This document shows, one piece after another, positions 16,326 to 21,004 of a DNA stretch of 21,004 bases. Source of the stretch: Pyrinomonadales bacterium (GTDB lineage: Bacteria > Acidobacteriota > Blastocatellia > Pyrinomonadales > Pyrinomonadaceae); assembly GCA_038251885.1 (NCBI GenBank), contig JBBSAX010000072.1:1-21004 (forward strand). The letters run 5' to 3'. Position 1 is the first letter of the stretch. Each line of letters starts with the position of its first letter. The notes beneath the pieces were generated by a model. That model saw nothing but the letters and a program-made list of their open reading frames with translations. It made no database searches and had not been told where the DNA came from. Both the position numbers and the translations under genes were made by a program.

Positions 16326-16772
16326 ATGTCTAAAATTATTCGTTGGAATACGCCATTTACAGATACTCAATATCCTTCGGTAGAATTTTTGACTACGATT
16401 GAACAAGATAAATATAATGTTCTAAAAGTTTTAGTTGCGCCTTCTGGAATAGATAAATATCCGAAGTATTTAATGAATTTTGGACAGGTTATTGCCTTTA
16501 CCTGTATGGAAGAAGCAAATGCTCCTGATCGTGGTTTTGATTCCGTTTCAGAAGAGATTGAACCACATCTATCAACTTATAAATGGATTGATTCACCTTG
16601 GTTGAAATCATACGAATCTCAAATACATTTTATTCCATCAGGTCATTTGGGATATTTTTCGCATTACTTAATTTTTGGTGGAGATAGCAATGTAGAAGTA
16701 ATTACACCTTATGAACCATTAATAGAAGTAGTTGAGAAAAAAAGACTCTTTAAGGTTGAACGCGAACTTTAG
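16326..16772 (+). CDS. hypothetical protein (cargo 2, 148 aa)
   Basis: Uninterrupted ORF in a very AT-rich stretch with no clear RBS and no domain recognised. Its last codons (GAA CGC GAA CTT TAG) lie within a 16-mer shared with the arm of the palindrome at 10.2 kb. Confidence 0.5.
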   Translation: MSKIIRWNTPFTDTQYPSVEFLTTIEQDKYNVLKVLVAPSGIDKYPKYLMNFGQVIAFTCMEEANAPDRGFDSVSEEIEPHLSTYKWIDSPWLKSYESQIHFIPSGHLGYFSHYLIFGGDSNVEVITPYEPLIEVVEKKRLFKVEREL

Positions 16773-16811
16773 TATTTTCGGAATCAAATAAATTTGGACA
16801 ATAATGTTGAA

Positions 16812-16858
16812 ATTTGTTAGCCTTAACCTTTAATTTCTGCATCTAAAACGGAAAATTT
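16812..16858 (+). repeat. copy 2 of the 47-nt junction repeat, here upstream of the radical SAM operon
   Basis: ATTTGTTAGCCTTAACCTTTAATTTCTGCATCTAAAACGGAAAATTT is 43/47 identical to 15545-15591. It ends 32 nt before the ATG at 16891. Confidence 0.9.
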
Positions 16859-16890
16859 TTACTTAGCTTTTTTTACATTTGAGGATAATT

Positions 16891-18846
16891 ATGTTTAGTG
16901 ATAATTTCAGACGCGGCGAAGGGAAAGGGAAAGGGAAAGCGGGTTCAAAGATTGCTTCAAAACTGGCGGATGTCGGTTGGAAGGCGTTTCAGGCGGTGAA
17001 TAAATCTTTGCCGGAAGGGAAATCTATTCAGCCGAATTGGGCGGCGGAACCGCTTTTGAAAAGCTATGAACGCACTGCGCCGCCGCTCGGATTTCCGCGT
17101 GAAACGGATTCTTTGTGTCCGAAATGCGTCAAGCAAGTGCGCGAAGGTGTGATAAATAAAGACATTCCGCTGGAGATTTTGATGAATTCGCATCCGGGCG
17201 AGATCAAGGCGCAGATTGTCGAAGAAAACGGGCAAGTCGTGATGCGGAAAACCTGCCCGACGCACGGCGAATTTGTGGACGTGATGGCGACCGATCCGGC
17301 GTTTTTAGAGCGTATCGAATCGCTTTTTTACGGACGCGATTTTCGTTCCGCCGAAGACGAACACATCCACAAACACGGAACTTCCGACATCAAATACGGA
17401 CGCGGCGCGGTTTTGACGGTTGATCTGACGAACCGCTGCAATATGATGTGCAACCCGTGTTTTATGGACGCAAATCAAGTCGGCTACGTTCACGAACCGA
17501 CATTTGAAGACACGAAAGCGATATTAGACCGCGCGATTTCGTTCAAACCGAAACGTCAAATTATCATTCTATTTTCCGGCGGTGAACCGACGATTGCGCC
17601 GCACTTTTTAGAATCGGTTGCGTATGCGAAAAAGATCGGTTTTTACCGAATCTTAGCGGCGACGAACGGAATTCGTTATGCCGAAGATATAGAATTTTGC
17701 AAAGCGGCAAAAGAAGCCGGACAACACGGCGTTTATCTGCAATTTGACGGCGTTTCAGAAGAAAAAAACAAACATCGCGGAGTCGGAAATTTGTTCGACG
17801 TAAAACTTCGCGCGATTGAAAATCTCGCGTCGGTCGGCATCAAAGTTACGCTTGTCACGACAATTGTAAATACGATAAATAACGATGGAATCGGCGACAT
17901 CGTAAAGTTCGCCGCTGACAATATTGATAAAGTTCAAACCATCGCATTTCAGCCGGTTTCATTTACGGGACGCGACGAAGATGTTTCCGATAAAGACCGA
18001 ATCGAGCAGCGTTACACGCTCGCGGGAATGGCGCAGGATTTGGATACGCAAATGGACGGAACGCTCAAACCTCTGCGCGATTGGTTTCCGCTTTCGTCTT
18101 ATTCAGCATTTACTTCCGTGATGGATATGCTGCAAGGTGCGGACGCGCCGTGGGGTTGGTCTTCGTGCAATTGTCATCCGAATTGCGGGATTTTCACGTT
18201 GATGATCGTCAACAAAAAATCCGGCGAAATTCGTTCGCTTTTTGAATTTTTCAATTACGAACAATTTATGAAAGACGTGGCGACGATCACCGACACGGCT
18301 CGCGGAAAAAAGCTGACGATGGCGCAACTCGGAATGGCGATTATGCGAAATTACAACGCCGCAAACGCGCCCGAAGGTTTTCCCGTTTCGCAGATTCTGA
18401 ATCTGTTCAAACCGTCGTCCGCCGATTCAAATTCGGATCGTAATGACCGAATGAAGCAGGAAAAATCGGAAGAAGATGTCTGGCGAGTTTTGTGCGTCGA
18501 AGGAATGTGGTTTCAAGATTTATTCAATTACGATTTCCGCAGAACCGAAATGTGTGTCATTCCTTATGGAACACAAGAAGGCGAAGTTTCGTTTTGCGCT
18601 TATAATACGGGAGTCGGCTGGCGGCAAATCATCGAAGAAATGCACAAAACCGCGAGCCTGGGCGAATGGTATCAAGAACACGGTCGCCACGCCGTCTATG
18701 CGAAAGGCAAAGAAGTTCCCGGAATCAAAAAATCCCGCTCTATTTCTCTACCTGTAATTGCTAATATTGTTTCGGAAGACAACGACGCGCCGAGTGTTAC
18801 GCCGTATTTGATTGAGGAAGAAGAATCTGCAACATTAAATGTGTAA
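16891..18846 (+). CDS. radical SAM enzyme with Tes / GDGT-MAS (tetraether lipid synthase)-like architecture
   Basis: GAGGA lies 5 nt upstream of ATG 16891; the ORF is open from TTG 16879. Motifs in order: CPKC...CPTHG zinc-ribbon/rubredoxin-like pair, radical SAM triad CNMMCNPC, FSGGEPT, ATNGI, YLQFDG, FQPVSFTGR, Cys cluster CNCHPNC, and C-terminal MCVIPY...SFCAYN. Radical SAM membership is near certain. The Tes-family assignment rests on my recall of the family's motif order, not on an alignment. Confidence 0.8.
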   Translation: MFSDNFRRGEGKGKGKAGSKIASKLADVGWKAFQAVNKSLPEGKSIQPNWAAEPLLKSYERTAPPLGFPRETDSLCPKCVKQVREGVINKDIPLEILMNSHPGEIKAQIVEENGQVVMRKTCPTHGEFVDVMATDPAFLERIESLFYGRDFRSAEDEHIHKHGTSDIKYGRGAVLTVDLTNRCNMMCNPCFMDANQVGYVHEPTFEDTKAILDRAISFKPKRQIIILFSGGEPTIAPHFLESVAYAKKIGFYRILAATNGIRYAEDIEFCKAAKEAGQHGVYLQFDGVSEEKNKHRGVGNLFDVKLRAIENLASVGIKVTLVTTIVNTINNDGIGDIVKFAADNIDKVQTIAFQPVSFTGRDEDVSDKDRIEQRYTLAGMAQDLDTQMDGTLKPLRDWFPLSSYSAFTSVMDMLQGADAPWGWSSCNCHPNCGIFTLMIVNKKSGEIRSLFEFFNYEQFMKDVATITDTARGKKLTMAQLGMAIMRNYNAANAPEGFPVSQILNLFKPSSADSNSDRNDRMKQEKSEEDVWRVLCVEGMWFQDLFNYDFRRTEMCVIPYGTQEGEVSFCAYNTGVGWRQIIEEMHKTASLGEWYQEHGRHAVYAKGKEVPGIKKSRSISLPVIANIVSEDNDAPSVTPYLIEEEESATLNV

Positions 18847-18851
18847 AAGAA

Positions 18852-19763
18852 ATGGAAATTGTCAAAACTTTCAAAAAGTTGGGCGATCTCGCTAAGCTAA
18901 TGATGTTCGGAATGCCCGTGAACGCCGTCGGCTCGATTGATGCAACGAAGCGTTGTAATCTGCGCTGTGAGCATTGTTATTTTTTTGCCGAAGAACATAA
19001 GGAAGTCGAATTAACGGTCGAGGAATGGACGGCGAAATTCGAAGCAATGAAAGCGGCGGGCGATCCGATGATGCTCTGCACTTGGGTTGGCGGCGAACCG
19101 CTCGTTCGCAAACCTTTGATAGACATCGGAAGAAAATACTTCAAACACAACACGATTGTAACCAACGGAACGATGGAATTGCCCGATTGGACTGATTGCA
19201 CTTGGGTAATTTCGATTGACGGCACGGAAGAGGCGTTTGCCAAAATGCGTGCGCCCGGAATTTATCAGAAAATCAAGGAAAACGTCCAACGTCATCCTGA
19301 TTTGAAAATTCAAATTTCGTGCGTTCTGACTTCTCTAACCAAAGACTGCATCGAAGATTTAATTATCGAATGGGGACATCTCGCTCGTGGCGGAATTATC
19401 TTCGATTTCTTTACGCCTGTAAATAAATTGGACGAATCACTCTGGATTGATTGGACGGAACGCGATCAAATAATTGATAAACTGCTTGCGCTTAAAAAGA
19501 AATATCCCGGGAAAATCAATATGCTCGATTCGACGCTCGATTTGATGAAATCGAAAAAATCGAGAAGCGTTACGGACAATTGCCTTTTCAAAGAAAAAGC
19601 CTTCACGCTCGGCGCGGACGGTAAACCGAAGGGCAAATGTATGATGGGCGACAACGCTGATTGCGACCGTTGCGGCTGTGTCGTGCCGTTTTATATGGCG
19701 ACGTTGAACAGCCCGAAATTGGTGTTGCAAGAGGCATTCAAAAAAGCTGCGGGCAGAAATTAA
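18852..19763 (+). CDS. small radical SAM enzyme with C-terminal Cys cluster (twitch/SPASM-like), partner of the upstream radical SAM gene
   Basis: CNLRCEHC triad near the N-terminus, VGGEPL, and C-terminal C-x7-C-x2-C-x-C (CMMGDNADCDRCGC). It starts 5 nt after the upstream stop, suggesting translational coupling. Confidence 0.8.
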   Translation: MEIVKTFKKLGDLAKLMMFGMPVNAVGSIDATKRCNLRCEHCYFFAEEHKEVELTVEEWTAKFEAMKAAGDPMMLCTWVGGEPLVRKPLIDIGRKYFKHNTIVTNGTMELPDWTDCTWVISIDGTEEAFAKMRAPGIYQKIKENVQRHPDLKIQISCVLTSLTKDCIEDLIIEWGHLARGGIIFDFFTPVNKLDESLWIDWTERDQIIDKLLALKKKYPGKINMLDSTLDLMKSKKSRSVTDNCLFKEKAFTLGADGKPKGKCMMGDNADCDRCGCVVPFYMATLNSPKLVLQEAFKKAAGRN

Positions 19764-19806
19764 CGCACAAAAAACTTTTCAATCGGAAAGTAATTCGAGG
19801 AATTTT

Positions 19807-20451
19807 ATGAGTAGCGCAATTTTAGATACAACCGAAACCGTCGGCGCGTCAAATCTCGCCGTTGCAAATCGCGCTTATATTTCGTTTGACGAATATCTCG
19901 AACAATCAAGCGATACGCACATCTGCGAATGGGTTGACGGGGAAATAATAAATATGCCGGGAGCAAGTTTTGAACACCAAACGATAAGTGACTTTTTGCT
20001 GAAAATTGTTAGTTTTTATGTTGAAATTAATGATTTAGGTGTCGCCGTATCTTCGCCTTTTGTGATGAAACTCGAAGCGGAAAGACGTGGGTGCGAACCG
20101 GATATTTTGTTTGTCGGAAATGAAAAAAAACATCTGATAAAGAAAAATTTTCTCGACGGCGCGGCTGATTTGGTGGTTGAAATTATCTCGCCCGAATCTA
20201 TCGGACGCGACCGGGGCGAAAAGTTTGTCGAATACGAAGCCGCCGGAATAAAAGAATTTTGGTTGATTGATCCGACCAGAAAACAAGCCGAATTTTATAA
20301 TTTAAATGACGAAGGTTTTTATCGTTTAGCAAACATTTCCGACGGCGTTTTTCGTTCGCAAATTTTGCCCGAATTTTTTCTGCGCGTCGAATGGCTGTGG
20401 GAAAAAAATCTGCCGACTATCGGTGCGTTAAAAGAGTTAAATTTAATCTAA
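19807..20451 (+). CDS. Uma2-family (DUF820) restriction-endonuclease-like protein
   Basis: GAGGA lies 6 nt upstream of the ATG. PD-(D/E)xK-like blocks typical of Uma2 are present: FEHQ, EPDILFV, DLVVEIISPES...D...K...EY...GIKEFWLIDP. Confidence 0.85.
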   Translation: MSSAILDTTETVGASNLAVANRAYISFDEYLEQSSDTHICEWVDGEIINMPGASFEHQTISDFLLKIVSFYVEINDLGVAVSSPFVMKLEAERRGCEPDILFVGNEKKHLIKKNFLDGAADLVVEIISPESIGRDRGEKFVEYEAAGIKEFWLIDPTRKQAEFYNLNDEGFYRLANISDGVFRSQILPEFFLRVEWLWEKNLPTIGALKELNLI

Positions 20452-20500
20452 TTGTGAATAATTAAGATTCACTCTACTATCGTAAAAAAGACTTTTTTAG

Positions 20501-20637
20501 CTGGGAGCGCACGCATCCTGCGTGCCACGCCGCTGGCAAAGCGGCGTGAAAAATTTCTGCATTAAATAAAGTTTATTTGTGGCAGAAATTTATTCGCGCT
20601 CACGCGCTCAGCACGCAGGGATGCGGTGCGCTCCCGG
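20501..20637. repeat. GC-rich multi-stem element (REP-like repeat or structured ncRNA)
   Basis: The outer stem CTGGGAGCGCACGCATCCTGCGTGC (20501-20525) pairs with GCACGCAGGGATGCGGTGCGCTCCCGG (20611-20637), with two 1-nt bulges. It encloses a perfect 9-bp hairpin CACGCCGCT-GGCAA-AGCGGCGTG (20526-20548) and an AT-rich near-perfect palindrome at 20551-20591. A tandem 8-mer CGCGCTCA x2 lies at 20595-20610. A T-rich run follows at 20645-20657. Confidence 0.75.
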
Positions 20638-20731
20638 CAGACTGTTTTTTATTTTTTACGGCATTTATTGAAAAATTACTTTTAGTTCATACCCACAAAT
20701 TTTAGATTTGTGCGAATTTTTACAAAACATT

Positions 20732-20764
20732 AAAAAACCGCTGAATTGCAATTCAGCGGTTTTT
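20732..20764. terminator. bidirectional rho-independent terminator
   Basis: AAAAAA-CCGCTGAATT-GC-AATTCAGCGG-TTTTT: a perfect 10-bp stem flanked by A6 and T5. It lies 31 nt downstream of the minus-strand gene's stop and at the end of the plus-strand radical SAM/Uma2 unit. Confidence 0.8.
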
Positions 20765-20794
20765 ATTATTTGATTGAATTGTGTAATTCTGCAA

Positions 20795-21004
20795 TTACCT
20801 CAATATTCTCTCGCCGACGGCGATAAAGTTCAGATCGGTCAAATCGTCCGCAATACTCAACACCTGCGGAGTAAAAGTAAATTGTTTTGAATTGACCGCA
20901 AAAACATAAGTTTCGCCCGCTCCGACATTCGTAAATCTGTAATAGCCGAACGTATTGGAACGCGCCGTGCGAATCTCGCCGTTTGAATCTGTCATTGTAA
21001 CAAC
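20795..21004 (-). CDS. C-terminal fragment of a protein ending in a carboxypeptidase-regulatory-like (CarboxypepD_reg) beta-sandwich domain; partial, continues past the window end
   Basis: ...TDSNGEIRTARSNTFGYYRFTNVGAGETYVFAVNSKQFTF...DLNF fits the D.nG.Y.f.nv..G.Y pattern of CarboxypepD_reg. The frame stays open beyond the listed Met to position 21004. Confidence 0.6.
   Translation of the reverse strand, partial: VVTMTDSNGEIRTARSNTFGYYRFTNVGAGETYVFAVNSKQFTFTPQVLSIADDLTDLNFIAVGERILR

Noticed and set aside
15545-16858. Integron attC sites as the explanation for the repeated junction sequences
   Set aside because: Neither repeat copy shows the RYYYAAC...GTTRRRY core pair. GTTAGTT and GTTAGCC fail the RRR positions. 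The internal complementarity is only ~6 bp (TTAGTT/AACTAA) and is lost in copy 2. No intI-like integrase is in the window.
16773-16890. RiPP precursor peptide upstream of the radical SAM genes
   Set aside because: The only ORF with an ATG is 9 codons long (MLKFVSLNL*), without an RBS and overlapping the repeat. No small ORF lies between or after the two radical SAM genes.
18852-19763. Prokaryotic viperin (pVip) identity for the 303-aa radical SAM protein, given the defence-like neighbourhood
   Set aside because: Only the generic CxxxCxxC triad and the size fit. I see none of the viperin-specific C-terminal nucleotide-binding features I can recall, and the tight coupling to the Tes-like gene suggests a partner role. 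Left as unassigned radical SAM.
20693-20720. Small hairpin CACAAAT-TTTAG-ATTTGTG followed by a T-run as an additional terminator
   Set aside because: The stem is a 7-bp AT-rich one of low predicted stability, and a much stronger canonical terminator lies 20 nt downstream.
1-21004. Transposase, integrase, phage or conjugation genes that would make the accessory half a defined mobile element
   Set aside because: None of the six-frame ORFs shows DDE, tyrosine- or serine-recombinase or phage structural signatures. Any mobility of the right half is inferred only from repeats, remnants and composition.

Overview
A 21-kb bacterial chromosomal window, moderately AT-rich, with Shine-Dalgarno-type ribosome-binding sites. 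The gene content suggests Acidobacteriota: stand-alone MacB/FtsX permeases, a CarboxypepD_reg-like fragment, a Uma2 nuclease and a Tes-like radical SAM enzyme. That taxonomic call is inference only.

The left ~13.5 kb is mostly envelope and housekeeping genes:
- an orphan 436-aa protein;
- a ybbP/ybbA-like ABC exporter divergent from a tesA-like SGNH lipoprotein esterase;
- a tightly packed operon of MacB-type permease, secreted hypothetical, MacB-type permease and threonine-synthase-like PLP enzyme;
- an SDR oxidoreductase;
- two tandem HDOD-only paralogues.

The right ~7.5 kb looks accessory:
- an orphan DUF433 gene;
- an RHH-PIN toxin-antitoxin pair;
- a vapC 3' remnant;
- two AT-rich cargo ORFs;
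- an intact antitoxin-VapC pair;
- a two-gene radical SAM operon;
- a Uma2-family nuclease;
- a GC-rich structured element;
- the 3' end of a convergent gene.

I saw no rRNA, tRNA, CRISPR array, transposase or integrase.

The signals most worth a second look:
1. The radical SAM pair. Its large member has the architecture of the archaeal tetraether-lipid synthase family.
2. Two independent ~50-nt repeat pairs, each ~91% identical. They show the TA/cargo region is a mosaic of vapBC-delimited cassettes, and they place the radical SAM operon behind a copy of the vapBC 5' region.
3. A ~279-bp nested palindrome downstream of the thrC-like gene.
4. A GC-rich multi-stem element at 20.5 kb.
5. Inverted 7-bp repeat arrays in the ybbA/tesA divergent region.
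6. A MacB-type permease whose conserved N-terminus has no canonical start codon.
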